Shown: positions 39,087-52,825, counted from the first letter of the whole stretch. The stretch is DNA of 60,893 bases, filler included, from 7 parts of 7 records of this genome joined end to end with filler, not necessarily neighbours in it; one strand, 5' to 3'. A program made the numbers and translations. The notes: generated from the letters alone by a model not told the origin.

Positions 39087-42000
39087 TTAGCTCCAGTTTT
39101 CATCGTTGAAAAAGTCATCAAAGTCATTGGTGCTTGATGATGCTGTCTTTGCAAAATTGCTTGCATCAGGCACGCCCAAGCCTGTCGGCGATGCTGACGA
39201 CCCCTTTGAAGGCCGTGGAGCTTTGGCTACCACAGCAGGTTTAGCAAGGCTCATGCCGCCCGCTCGCGCGCCGCCGAGTTTCGGACTGAGTCCGATACCC
39301 AGCACGTCAGCGTCCGGTTTCGAGCCCGTAGTGGGTTTCGAAGAGGAAGGCGACGCCGACGCCAACGAAGAAGAGCTTCCCTGCTGTGATCTACGCTGCG
39401 CGGCTCGAGCTTTCCTTTCCGCAGCCTGGAGTATTCGCAAATGAAAAACCCATGAATCAACGGCACAACCTCCATCCGTGCAAAGAGAAATTTTCGTCAA
39501 CGCACTTCAGGAACTTACGCGCTTCCGTTGTTCCTCCTTTCGCTTTGCACGTTCCGCATCTGCACCGCCATTGTTCTGCGCGAAAATAGTTGCCGCAAGT
39601 TCATTGTCAGATGATATCAGCTTTTGTTGCTGTGTGTCCTGCTGAGTTACTCTCACTGCAGGCTTGGCGCCAAATTCCTCAAAAAACAAGTCATTTGGTG
39701 TCGCAGACGGTGCGTGTTTGGCACTGGTGCCATTGCCTTGAGAGTTTTGGGAGAAGAAATTGGAAAAAGGGTCATTGGTGGCGCTTGCTCCAGTCGAAGC
39801 GTCTTTTTGCTGCTGAACAAGGCCGCCATCATCAGCGTCGCTGAAGTCACTGAAATCGCCATCATCATCGTCATCGTCCCAACCTGTCTTGGTCGAGATG
39901 TGTTGCTTTGCTTGTGGTGGTCTCGTGGATGATGAAGAAGTGGCCGCCTGGCCAGGACCTTCTCTCGCTGACCTTGGCTGGGAAATTTGATCACTCGCGC
40001 CGGCTTGCTTAACATCCTGACCTGGCCCTGCTTGGCGGGACACTTTACGCTTCACAGCAGATGTTGCAGCCGACGTTGCCGAGCTCACAGCAGAAAGAGC
40101 CCACCTTCCCCACGATCCAACTTTCCCTTTAACTCCAGCACTGGTACTACCAGCTCCTGCCGCACTCGAGCTTTGGTCAGGATTCTCGCTAAACACCAAT
40201 GGTTCCGGCTGCACAGACGCTGCATTCCTCGAAGCCGCGTCTGTCACAGCGGACACAAGCCTTTGCAAAGTTACACTGCACTGGGTTCGCGTGTCAGCAT
40301 CAGGATCAACCAAGAGCGGAGCGAGGCAAGGCAATATTTCGCGTGCGACCTGCAAACGGGCAAAATCGGTCAACAAAAACACCGCAGGCGCTGGCAATGC
40401 GAATGCACTGAGTCGAGAACCAGGAGCACCATGTGAAACAGGTCTGGAATAACGACCTGCTCTGCACTGAAAAGATTCGGTGCATCGCGAAGTGCAACAA
40501 CAGCACGGACGCGGCAAGGTGGCTCCGGATCCTGCAATGCCTGCACATGTCAATGCAGAAATGGCACATCCCATAACAAGCGTTGATCAAGGGAGTGAAC
40601 AACAAGTCTTGGAAGTAACAACCGCATCAAACCGAATCAAAGCGAGACCTCTGCTCTGACAAACCGGAATCCAGACGAGCGACAACAGCTGAAGTTGCTT
40701 TCCAGCAGCGTGGACGTAACCAGCGGTGTGCTGAGCACAAATCACGCAATTTTCGCGGAGAAATGTGCAGCTAGCATCTCCTTTCGTCCCGTTCATAAGG
40801 CGGTTGAATTGCTGGAGCATCAGGCAAAGGTTTTCTGCATTCAGAACAGGCGCGAGCGCCACCTGTGACAATACGTGTGCAAAGCACAGCAAGACAACCG
40901 GAGCACAGATTCGGCTGAGTTTTGCGCCTGCGCATGATGCCTCTGGTGCTAAACAATCTAACCCGTAGCACATGCAGCAGACAGAGAGCCCGCACACGTG
41001 TGCCTGCAGCCAACTGCTTCATCACTCCAGCACACTCGCAATCGTGACCCACCATTACTTTGATTGTTTCCTCTCGCATGGTTTTGTTGGTGTCAGCAAA
41101 TCCGCTCAGCACGTCACTGAATATCTTGCCATTCACAAGAGTTCGATCCAGCTGTCCGACGAACGCCGGGCAGTTCTGCAAAACCATGACGCGGGTCATT
41201 CGATTCTTGCTTGCAAAGAACCGTAAAATAACCGGCTCCACCTGCGCTTTAAACTGACCAGAGCGCAGCAGCCAACGAATCAGATAAATCAAGGTTGCGT
41301 GAGAAATCGCAAAAAACAGCCAGCGCTTTGCCAAAAAGCTGCACCAATACCCGAAAAAACAGACATTAAATTCAAACCTGGTCAGCGGGAACATGTGGCG
41401 CAATCTGGGCCAGGGGGGACAATGCCATTATCTTCCACTTACTCACACCGCCGCCATTTGCACCTGCCGACGCGGCATCCATCTGCATCTCTCTGACAAG
41501 GAGAGGCAGCAAGCGCCGCAAGCACACCTCTTCTGGAAATTCACCCACGTGCTGAGCCAGAATAGCCATGAAGGCTTCTTTTTCTTCGTCGCTCTAGCAC
41601 CACACAGTGTGCGCCATGCAGCAACCAAATAATAAAGGTGGTGGTGGTGATGATGATGATCATGATGCTGATGATACAGAATGGCACAAGACACTCATCG
41701 ATTCGACAGTGGACGCATGGAATGTACCTTGAGGGCCCAGTGCTCGAGGGCTGTCATCGTCTTCACAAAAGGATTGTGAGCAAAAGAGGCCGATGCATTG
41801 TCCAACACTTTGCGGGGGCTCGGACGCCTGGATGGCCGAGCATCTTGAGACGCTTTGCATGCCCTTTGCAGATCTTTAGGCACGGCGACAATTGCGTCTT
41901 GGTCCGGATCGTCGTGGGAAAAAACAACCTCGATGCACAGCACAGCAAACGCCCACATATCGAAAGCCCACGCCGGGGTGTTGCGAGGCAGCGCCGTTTG

Positions 42001-42729
42001 CTTAAGCTCTGGGCATTTGTACTGCTGCGGCTGCAAGTTTGGGTTGGACTGCAAGGCAGCCAGGTGCACATTGGCACCAGTCGTGTCGACTTCACACACA
42101 GTATCCAGCCCACCAAGCTTCCAGTCTCCATCCGGGGTTACGAATATCGAGTCAGGACACACTAGCCCGTGGACCTGCGGCGCACAGCACATACCCACAC
42201 GAGTCGAAACATCAGCTTCGCACTCCCTCGACAATGCATGGTCTCGTGAATAAGGAAGGCCCCTTCACAAACGTACCATCGAACAGTCCATGTTGAGGAA
42301 TGCCAACGCCCGCAAAATCTGCGACAGACCCCAAAGGCAATGCTGCTGCAGTCCGTTGGCCGCACGCTGCCCCATTTCCACAGGGCCCTTCTCAAACCGC
42401 TCGCGCACTCGCTGCGTCTCTGCTGTCAACCAGTCCACCAGCGGCACTACCGCTTCGGTAGCAATGTGGACCTCCTCACCGTGCTCTGCAGAGTCGACGT
42501 ATTGTAGCACGTTGGGGTGGCGCAGGGTCTTGAACCGCTGCCGGGCGTTCAGACACGGCTTCGTGGCGTGTTCCACGCGGAAGACAGTCACGTCGCGGCC
42601 AGACTTCGAGTGCTTGCCGCCTTGAAACAGCTGCCACTCGGTGCGGGCGCTGTACGCTTTGTTTTCCTCGCCCAAAGTGAAGGGCAGGGACCCTGCCAGA
42701 CCGAGAGCGCTTTTGAAAACGCTGAACAT
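39087..42729 (-). CDS. SCYL1/CEX1-like pseudokinase with HEAT repeats, 8 exons: 42729-42277, 42174-41728, 41593-41378, 41253-41053, 40862-40665, 40540-40457, 40349-39519, 39425-39087 (922 aa as modelled)
   Basis: FKTLRHPNVLQY, ALAFLN, VHG...SIFVT..GDWKLGGLD, GFADTN..MREETIK, ALQDP, EILPCL..LLVDPD; acidic low-complexity tail. All modelled introns are GT-AG and keep frame. Confidence 0.85.
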
Positions 42730-43160
42730 GCCGACTCTGTGTCGTCCTCGCAATTTCTGTCTTTCGACCTCTTGCTCTCTCTGGATGTGTGTGTGTGCGT
42801 GTGACCAAAAAAATCACAAAGAAACAAAAAGTACGAAAACAGAAAACGAAGAAGAAGCAAAAGTGAACGCCGAAAGTCAAGTCAAGGAGACAGGGAGGGA
42901 GGGAGGGAGCAACCCTTCCAAACCAGTCATTTTTGATTTTGTCGTTTTTTCGTGTCGGGTTTCTCAACTGTAGCACCGTACCAAACCCTGTTTTTCAGAG
43001 CGTGTCGGGAGACCATCGAGAGCGAGCGGGGGAGGGAGGTCGAAAGAGCTGAAACTGAGAAGCGAAGACTCTCGAGAGGGAACGAGAGTGTGTGCGTGTG
43101 TGAGTGAGAAAGTGTGCGTGTGAAGCCGAAGACTCAAAGAGTTAGTTGTTCAAGGGTGTT

Positions 43161-43178
43161 TGTGTGTGTGTGTGTGTG
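43161..43178 (+). repeat. (TG)n microsatellite
   Basis: tgtgtgtgtgtgtgtgtg. Confidence 0.9.
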
Positions 43179-43420
43179 TTGTCTCAAGTCAGCGCCGACA
43201 ACGATAGGCAAAAGTCTTTAAAATGTGGGTTTTACACATTGTACCAACTAAAAATATACTTTAACACAATTCATCTCACGACACTTTATTCTATTTCCAC
43301 TTCGCGCGCTGCATGGAAGTGAATAACAGCCCACCAGCCAGCCCCCCAAGGAGAGTATGGTCATACTGTAATACAATAGTAACGAATAAGTAATTTTAAC
43401 GAACTTGTATACACCGCCTC

Positions 43421-43520
43421 NNNNNNNNNNNNNNNNNNNNNNNNNNNNNNNNNNNNNNNNNNNNTTAATTAATTAANNNNNNNNNNNNNNNNNNNNNNNN
43501 NNNNNNNNNNNNNNNNNNNN
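43421..43520. other. Synthetic contig linker
   Basis: N-run with TTAATTAATTAA. Confidence 0.98.
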
Positions 43521-43548
43521 AGTGAGTGAGTGAGTGAGTGAGCGAGTG
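43521..43548 (+). repeat. (AGTG)n microsatellite at contig start
   Basis: agtgagtgagtgagtgagtgagcgagtg. Confidence 0.9.
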
Positions 43549-44079
43549 GCGCACACAACGGTCAAGATATAGAGTAGAAAGTGACAAAAATAGTCAATTT
43601 TAATATGTACAGTAGTGAAAAAATATGTATTTTAAAGTCATTTTACTCTGGTCTGTACTCAACGGCCCATTGTATTCTATTGCAGCTTTCTGTAAAATTC
43701 GATCGTATTTTGTACAGGCTCATGGAAGGAGGGAAGGAGGGAGGAGGGGAGGCGCGAACATTACATACTGAAGGCTGGGAAAGGCATTTTTTTGGCGCAC
43801 GTTGCCAGATCTAGGTGCGGATTACACCACACTTACTTGACTTGCCCTCTTGTAGGATGAAACAACGACCAGTGACCTTCAGAATGTTGTCGACTGCGCG
43901 TTGCATGAAGAATTCCATGCTTGACAAGTCATTTCGGGTTGAAGCAAGCCAATGAACGTCGTGGTAGTCGTTATTAATGTTTATAACGAATGGATGTGAT
44001 GAATGTCATGTATGGTTGTATGATGTGTGCAAATGCTTGTAGGAATATCGACAGGCGGAAGCGGCGAGAAGCTCGAGCA

Positions 44080-47000
44080 CTAGATTTGTCCTGAGTCATC
44101 CACTTGCTGGCGGGCAGAACGAAGGACTGATCCTATGCTGTTGGCCTGGATTGAAATCCCACTGGCCGCGTGCCCTGGGCGTCGAGCTGCGCTGCTTCTA
44201 CTCCTCTGGATATTGTGCTGTCTTCCTTGCTGTCGACGCGCCGGCGGAGCAACAACGGTGACAAGTTGTGAGCTGCGCGCTCGAGCGCGCTCGAGAATTT
44301 CAGGAAGCGGCAACCGAGATTCCGATTGCTGCCGGCCACCTTGCTGTTGAAGAATTGTCGATTCAAATTGCCCCGACGGTGCACCAATCCTCGCAACGCC
44401 AGCACCAACCGCTTCGCTCACAGTACCGTCGGTGGTCGCAAGACGACGAGATTGAATCATACCTTCAAACTGCTGATTGGAGCTGGAACGGACAGTTTGC
44501 TTGGTCGTTCGTACCATTGGTACGTTTCTTCTGGACACGATCGTGCGAGCTGCCGGTTCCCCTCCAATACTTTGTCGTGTCCGATTGTCGCCGCCCTTGT
44601 GCTTGCGCAGAATCTTTGGATGCTGAGAGTCCCCCTCTGTGTTCTCTAAAAGAGCGTCATTGCCAATGTGCAGCAATGCCGCGTCGGAGCCGCCCGCGTG
44701 CGAAGATTTGTGATGAGCTCTTCGCTTTCGCATGACTTGGGATGTCCCAGCTGCCCGACGCACAACCGGGGATAGCTGCTTGACAGTCCCGGACAAGGAT
44801 GACGAAAAACCTGGCGACGATGAATTGGCAGTCGTCGTCGTGTTGACTGAGAGTACCCCTGCCAAATGATTGGAGTTCAAGCGCCGTTCGATGTTGGCGT
44901 CACGCTGCCGATCAGACCTTGAAGACAAACTCTTGCCTGTTGCCGGCTTCCCAGATCGAGCAATCGCTGGGGCAGTGCTCGTTCGGGGCTTGGAAAGACG
45001 TGCTGCTTCGGACTGATTGTCCACACTTGAGCGTAGAATAGTTGCATCACTGCCAATAGATAGAGCCGGGTTCAAAATGTTGGTGTGCGGTTTCTCACTT
45101 TGAGGACGTTTCTTGCGTCGCTGGCCACGGCTTTGGGACACAGCATCTGCACCCCTTTGCCGAGAGGATAGCAGCGCAATAAGCACAGCTTGCGCTGAAC
45201 ACTGTGTCTTGATGCACACCTCCACAAGCGCAGAAACAAACTGATCCCAAGACAATGCAGCATGAAAGTTGACTGCTTTAGTTTTCTTCCGGAAAGATCG
45301 TCCAGCTGACCGGGCGTCTTCTGAAGTTTGGTCCTCAGTTTGATTTTCGAGTAAATTGACGTCACTACCAGCAGTTGTGTTGCCAGAGCTTATGTCAATG
45401 GGATGCGAATGCGTAGGTGGTGTTATAAAGCGCTCGCTGGCCAAAGCTTGGTCAAAAACCAAACTTACATCAGCAAATGTCAATGATGGCGCCCCATGAG
45501 ATTGGGTCCCACCCGGTTTTTGCGCCCCAATCAGCTTTGAAGTATGCAACAAGTCTTTGAACGCTCGCCGTGTACAAAAATGACACGCCAGACAATTTGC
45601 ACTCGTGTTTGTTGCACCAGCATCCGACTTGCTGGTGATTTGAAGAAAACACTCACGGAGGTGGTGGGCGTTCAAACTATTGGTTGATTTTTGCGTAGAG
45701 TTTGAAAAATTGTGCCGAACATAAGGAGCGCCCGCACAGTCAAAGTTGGCGGCTTCTGCAGAATTACTCTCGTCGTTGTCAGTATTGCAATCATCATTGC
45801 TATCATCGTCGTCACTCCAACCAAACTTTGCAACTGACTCCACATCGTCTGTGGTAGATGATGTGTACAACCTCGTTGACTCCGTCGTGATTGTATTAGA
45901 TTGCGCCAAATTGGAAGGTTTGACCGGTGCCAAAGGGATTGTGCCCAAAAACTGCATACGCAGCAGCGCCCTTTCTTCCTTTCTTTCTTCGGCCTTTTGC
46001 TTGCGGCGTTCTGCCAAGCCACGTTTGCTGAAAGGCAAGCGACTGGAATCCACAAATTCTGCACCTTCTGCCTGGTCGGTGCCTAATCCGCGGGCACCTA
46101 CCTTCCTGCTTGTGCGGCGCACTTCTTCCTCTATCAAACGACGTTCTTGCACAGCAATGCTGCGATGAAACGCTGCTTTTAGCTCGTTTGGAGTGTATCC
46201 CCAGTTCTGGCACACGTTTTCACAGACTGCGATGAAGGCAGAGTAGGCCGGAGGCAAGGAGGACTCAATCTGACCACGATTCGTTGAAAGTTTCCGAGAC
46301 GAAGTCGACCCTGCGATGGGGCTGTTTCGATCCCCCAGTCGAATGCCAGCGGTCTGGCGCCGTTGAGTGGCAGCCACCACGGCAGCCCGCTGTTTGCGAG
46401 CACTCGTGTAGTAGGTGTGCAGAACGTAAATATCCTTGCTCCTTAGTCCTGTCAGTGGCGCTGCGCGGTTGCTGTGACAGTTGGTGCTCCTTGTATTACT
46501 ATCCTTGCTTTCAACCAATCCTGAATATTGCCACAAATCTGCAAATTGACGGAGAGTTAATGGATGCTCAGCAGCTGAAGTAGAAGAAGAGTGGCGACAG
46601 TTGGATGAGTGATTAAATAACTGGAGCAAGCGCTGAAGAAATTGAATGGTCTGTTGAGTTGACGACAACAATGCTGCTTCATTATGTTGGCCGGCCGCCA
46701 GAACAGAATGAATACTGTTTTCTCCATCTGACGCGTCAACCATAACGCTGAGAAGACGGTGCAGCTCAAGCCATGTGCTATCTTCGTCAACACGTACCAC
46801 CTTTGACGTAGCAGTCATTGCATTTCGATCATGCGACTCTGGCGAGACAGCTTCTTCTTGCAGATGAGTTTGCATGGACTGTCGATTTTTCGATGTTTGA
46901 ATAACAGTTGCAAACTCAAGCGAGGACCGCTGATTCAACATTGTACGTGTCGTCTCAGTACTTTGCATGTCGCTTTTTCGGTGAGAAGGAGGGCGACCAG

Positions 47001-50000
47001 CAACACCGTCGTGCGTTTGTTGGTGTCGTACATCTATATCGGTTAGTTTTGTGGCGTGTAGTGATGATGATACCATGGTAGCTTCATTGCCACCAAATGG
47101 TCGGTCTCCTTGCGAGGACCGGTCTGGTTGAAGCACGGTTTCGTCGGACGCATTGTCAAATTTGCAGTTTGCATTCTTCCTCTCAGCAGCAGCCGATGCC
47201 CATGCAGGTATGGTCAATGCGTCTGCCTCATCGTCCTCGCTCGAGCAGTCAACAGAACTATCGTGGGAGAAAAGATCTTGTGCAGCCACGTCGACATTGC
47301 CATCAGCATTCACCTTCTTGTCATGAGTTTTAGTTCCATCGTCGACATGCAATTGTCGAGGTGTACCCGCGCGCTGGACTGTATCGCTTGTTGACTCGAA
47401 CGCAGAATTAGGTCGCTGAGCATCTGCCTCTGCAACGTTTTGAACAGGGGACGACCGGAAAACAGATGGCTCCACATGTATGGGGTCCGAAGTGGTGACA
47501 ACAGTCGCTGCAGAATTCTCGTGTGCTTGCCCAAGAGTACTGCCGGGCATCCGATCATAAACTACCGTGTCTTGCTCAATATCACAACCGGTGGTTCGTG
47601 AAACATCATTTACGACAGTACGATCAGACGTCAATGTTCCAGACTCTCGCGAAAGAGTACTACAGCTAGAAACGGTTGCACAAGAGGCCAACGAGGGCCC
47701 AGAAGCATGAGTCTTGTTGTATTGGGGTGCTTGCTGCGTCGCCGCGGGACCAGAAGCACCAATCATCATTGCTGGGTCGTTGACGGGTGTGCCGTTAGTA
47801 TCAGACTTGCAAACTGCAGCGAGGCCCACAGAGGAAAAAGCACTAAGCAAATTGGCAGGATCTCCAATGGCCTGACGCTTCATCTCTGCGGCTCTCTTCT
47901 TTTTTCGTGCTGCTGCTGCTTTGCGTCTGCCACCTGAATCTATTTGCTTTTGAACATGGCGTCGACGTCTACTGGCTACCGTAGATAGCTGGTCAATGTT
48001 GGAGGTGGGGCTCGAACTTGCTTTTGGATTGCCGTTGACACTTATTGACAATCCATTTCCTTCGCCAACAACAGTTGCTGTAGTTGAAACATCCTCGACC
48101 AATACACTTGGGAGCTCATCAGGGCCGATTGGTGAACTTTGACAATTGCCATTGCGAGTGGGAGATGAAGCAATTGCGTTCACAAAAAGATTAAAGCCCA
48201 AATTCTTGTGTGTCCCAATATTCACCCCTGGCATTGAAGCAGTACGTTGCTGGCCAGCCGTGATCGATGGATGCATCGACCCCGTGCACGCTGTTGCAGA
48301 TGTTGATTGTACGCCTTCGGGGATGGCGGCCCTTCTTCGTACGGCCACGCCGTCCGAGTCCACGACCGCAGCAACCCTTCCATCACCATTTACAGCCAAG
48401 CCCACAGTTTCGTCGTCCGTCAATGTGTGCGCAAGCTGATTGGCCGCTGTTTTTTGGTGTACAGTTTTTTGCTGTTTCCGAGCAATGCTACTCGAGTCTG
48501 TATTTTTTGCACTTTTCGTAGCACGAGCACCATGTCGACGTTTGGACGGCGTGTTGCTCGAAATTTCTTGAACTACTGTCTGAGAACTGTCACCCTGAGT
48601 CAATGTGCTTCTCGGCGTCGCCTGGACGCGGGCAACTGCCGCACCAGAAGCCGCTTCTTCGCCGCGTCCAGTGTCAAGCGTCTCCTTTGCATCGCTAACT
48701 GCGGCTGTTTCTCGTCGTAACTCGTCAATCTGCCGCTGCCGTTGCCGCTTTTCCCTATCCCGCTTTTCGCGTTTACGCTCCTCAAGTGCAGCCTCCGCAG
48801 CAACTTTCTCTGCAATAATTCGCTCGCGTCGTTCAGCTTCGATTGCGTGCATTTGAGAAAAGTAACGTTGCGACACTTGCAAGAGCCGTGCTTGAAACAC
48901 GCTCCACTCCAAACCCTCCAGAATCATAGATTCAGGGTCAGCTGACTGTCGAGATAGCAAGCCACTGCGCGAGCAAATTTCAATGCATGCTTCCCGAAAT
49001 CCATCAAAATCGAGCCGGCGCGTACTGCCATTTCGTTGCCGCACAAAAATGTTGTGCAACTCCGCCTTAGATGCAGTGACAACTGCAGCCCCGCGTCCGT
49101 CATTGCTTTCGCCACCATCTATTGCTTGTGAAGCGGCAACTGCCAGCGGCGGGCTAGCCCATGACTTGCCAGTCACCTTGCAAAACTTTTCAAAAGCGGA
49201 TTTGCTCATGGATGCTTGCACAATTCCAGCGCCGGATCCACTATCATCATTCCGCGCACTTTGTCTTGACGTAGAGCTCTGTTGTTGGAATTTGTTTTGT
49301 TCGCTCCAGAGCCCAAAAACTTCTTTCAAGACTGGAAATGCTTCTATTCCGCCACGCCTTTCTCGCTGCTCTTCAACTTCGGCCTCTTGGTCTGCCGCTT
49401 CTATCAAGACAGTTCGCCGGTTTTTCATCGCCACAGCTCTTGCTTTGCGTCTCCTTTCTTTTTGCTGACGCCGTAATTGGCTGGCGTCCTTTTGATCGCG
49501 CTCATGCACTTTGGTTTCAATGCCTGCGGCAGCTCCAACTGTGTGTCTGCCTTGCATTCCTAATTGCGTTTCTACATGTGCGGCACCCGCCCTTGACGTA
49601 GGGAACTCACCACCAAAGTGCGAGGAGCTAAGCCTCTGTGCCATGCCTGCTGTGGAAGCAAGCGCTGTTTCACTGGGCACAATAGCAATCGAGGAAGTGG
49701 ACGATGCTGGTGCTTCACGGTGAGCCGAGCCGCCAATTGCGGCGCCACCACGCACACTTGACACAATCAACCCGCCAACTCCCGAAAGCGAACTGCTGTC
49801 ATCAGCCTGGCGAGATACCTCACGCCATGAAGGCCGTGTCCCCAATCGATGTCCAGGAGGTTGACCGCCCCGTGATGTCGCTGATGTAGCACTCGTCGAT
49901 GTTGCGATAGCCAAACCATTGTGAGTGGACAATGAGGACGGAGTGGACTCTTGAACTCGACGGTTTTTCGACTGCTTCTTCCTTCGTGGTTCCGCACCCA

Positions 50001-52825
50001 TTCCAGGAAAAAAGTGTCGCCCACAGTTCTGACACCGTGGAAAAGCACCGTCGCTAAAGTCGCGCACACGCATCATGAGTCCAAGGAAGCAAGCCGAGTG
50101 CACTGTGTAGCCGCAGCACTCAAGTTGCCGAAACCGATCCTTCTGGTCTGGCGCAGCATCGAAGTCAACAGGCGTTTCATCATCACTGTGTTCACCGTTG
50201 GAAGCTAAGTGCGATTGTGCTGATCCGCTACTAACGTTTTCTCCAATCCTCGCAGACACGTCCGACCCCACACGATGGCCCACAAGCGACCGACTTTGTT
50301 TAGAGGTGACACTTCTTTGTTGCTTGGTGGCTCGGTCTCCTTGACATGTCCGACGAGAGCGTGGCAACCCGCGCGCCAACGATTGGTCACAAATGCAGCA
50401 CGTGTACACGTCAAATGAAAGCTCGACAATGTGCAGCAACACGCCAGTTGCAGACATTTTATCCGCAACTCCCTCTCGAGCAGACCACCTTTCGCCATTG
50501 GCGAGGCCAGCAGTCAAATTCACAAGACTAGGCAAAGCCTGTTGCTCATCTCGGGCAAGTTCGTTGGGAGAAGGGATAATGGCAGCTGATTTTTTGGATG
50601 AGCTTTGTTTCGTGCTTTTGGCACCCTTGTTTTGCACACGTCGACACCGGCCATACTTGGCAAGCATCAACCGACGTTGTCGGGCACCAGCCAGAAGTGC
50701 CGCAAAGAGGCTTTGACAAATCTGCGCACCTCCATCCCCACTGTTGGTACTGCCGCTGTGACGCCTATGGGGAGGAAGTTCCGAAGTGAAAACAGTGAGA
50801 GCAGTTCGAATGCTCTTTCTCGACGAGCAGGGATACAGCGGATGTAGTCCTGGCTCCCACACCAGGGTTGGCAATCGCATGAAACGTGCTTTTTGGTAAG
50901 CCAATGCACGCAAATCAGTATCTTGGCGTGAGCCCGAGGTGCCTGAGCCTGATACTTCTGCTTGATCACTTGGCATACTGTTCCAGCCCACACTAAGGCT
51001 GTCAGCCTGCACTCGTTGGCTTCCTAACACCCCTTCGTCAACTAAGCCGGCGCGCATCTGCAAATCCCGGAAAATGCCCTGCTGCGCAATAATGGCCCGC
51101 AGACAACGGGCGACAAATGGTTCAACAGTGTCCACGTTCGCCAATGGAGTGTAAAGGGCAGATTGCAAGTGAAGTGGAAGGCTTTCCCGATGAGCCAGTA
51201 CCGCAGCTACAAAATCTCCTGAAGTGGTGCTGGAAGTGTCATTGCCTTCGAGTTGTGCATTGCCACCATGAGGGTTTCTGCTCCAATCTATCCCTTGGTC
51301 GACTAAAAACTGATGCAGCGCTCGGTGCCGCGAGGCCTTGCGTTCGACAAAGTGAGTTAAGTGACGTTCCGCAGCAGATAAAAATTTGGCCCATCCAAAA
51401 ACAAGTGCGCGTGGGTTGTCCAAGGCGGCGGTGAGGAAGTCCCACATTGTTACGATAGTTGGCTGATCCAGGCTCTGTAAAAGCGCATAGTCTCCAGGTC
51501 CAAGTTCTCTCGATTGAAGCTGCATCATAAGTTGCCGTCGCTCCAAAGCCGCACGGTCCCGGTTTTGCTGCGGTGCATTCCATTCCACAAGGCGGTCATT
51601 GGGCCTCCAAATGAAGCGATGATGCTTGGTTGAACTTGCACGCGAGTGCTTGTTGGCTCCATCTCGAAAGCAAGTTGCGCACAGATTGTACCAACGACAA
51701 TGCAAGCACCGATACTGCCGCTCACATATTACTCGTCTACACTCTGCACACCGAGCAGATTTGTTGACAGAAGCTCCGGTTGCAGCAGATCCATCTGGCA
51801 CAGAGGACGGTTTTGATGATGTTGCGGCGCCTTGTGAGACTGCGCTTCGATTTCTTGTTTTGGTCTCCGCTTCTTTGATCGGGACAAGTTTTTCTAGCCA
51901 GTCACCGCGGCAGAGCGGGCACTTTGGGGCTTGACCAGGGCGAAGTTTTGCCTTTTGATGGTTAATAGACTGACCCATACAGTCAAGGCACAACTGCCGA
52001 CCGCAGCTCAGGGCGCACCATGTCAGTTCGTGTGGTGCCATGGGGGCAAGGTCATCAAAGCAAATTGGGCAGGTGTCATCTTCCTCCAGCGGCTTTGGTG
52101 GCACTGTGCCTGGCATAGTGGTGGGAGCACTGGCAGCGGCATTGCTGCCATTGTTGTTGCCATTCGAAAGCTGGCTCCTTGGTGTTGACGAAGATGATTG
52201 CTGAAACCGATCCCACCGTCGGTCTGCACGTTGGTTGGTGGCATCGCCTGTGTTGGCATCAGTCCCCGAGTTTGGCAACGGGGGTCGAGTTGAGGCCTGC
52301 TCCTGACCACGACCTCTTCGGGAACTGGCTGCTCTTTCACTCATTTTCAACACGCGCGATACCTCTCTCGACGACAGGCTGCTCTTGAACAGCAACTCAC
52401 TATCTACCGGGACTTTCATGACTTTCAACATGACAAACAAGATGTGAACGCACACCGTTTCAGGTCCGGGGAGCGCCCTCCCAGCATCGGCGCCACCGTT
52501 TCCAGCGTGTTCACCCCCCCGACGACAAGTGCATTGTTGCGGAGATCCAATTGTGACCTGAAATTTGACTGCTGGATCTGAGACCGAAACATGCGCCAGG
52601 CAAGGACAGCCAGCGAGACAACGGATCAAAGTTGTGCGATTATTCGAGCAAGCAGTTATTATGGCGGTGCACCAACAGCGAGTCGCAACATCTTGACACT
52701 CACGTACCATCTGTCCTTCTGCGAACCCAGAACTTAAGTGGGCCGCATTTCTCAAGCAATAAGCAGGGTGGAAGGTTGTCGACAAGATTCCGCAACGCTC
52801 TGGCCTTGCGACGAGCTGCGGACAT
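44080..52825 (-). CDS. Very large ZSWIM2-like E3 ligase (SWIM-RING-ZZ-RING plus long extension), 2 exons: 52825-52708 and 52577-44080 (2871 aa as modelled)
   Basis: Exon 1 gives CLLLEKCGPLKFWV; SWIM CTC...CVHILFV; RING CPIC...C..C..CPLCR; ZZ CAEC...YRCLHC..YNLCATC; LQSRELGPGDYALLQSLD; second RING CIC...CG..VHSAC...CQNC. 130-nt GTACGT...CAG intron, phase 1. Confidence 0.8.

Noticed and set aside
41443-41694. His-rich ORF (HQHHDHHHHHHH)
   Set aside because: The His run comes from a CAT/CAC microsatellite inside SCYL1 intron 41594-41727.
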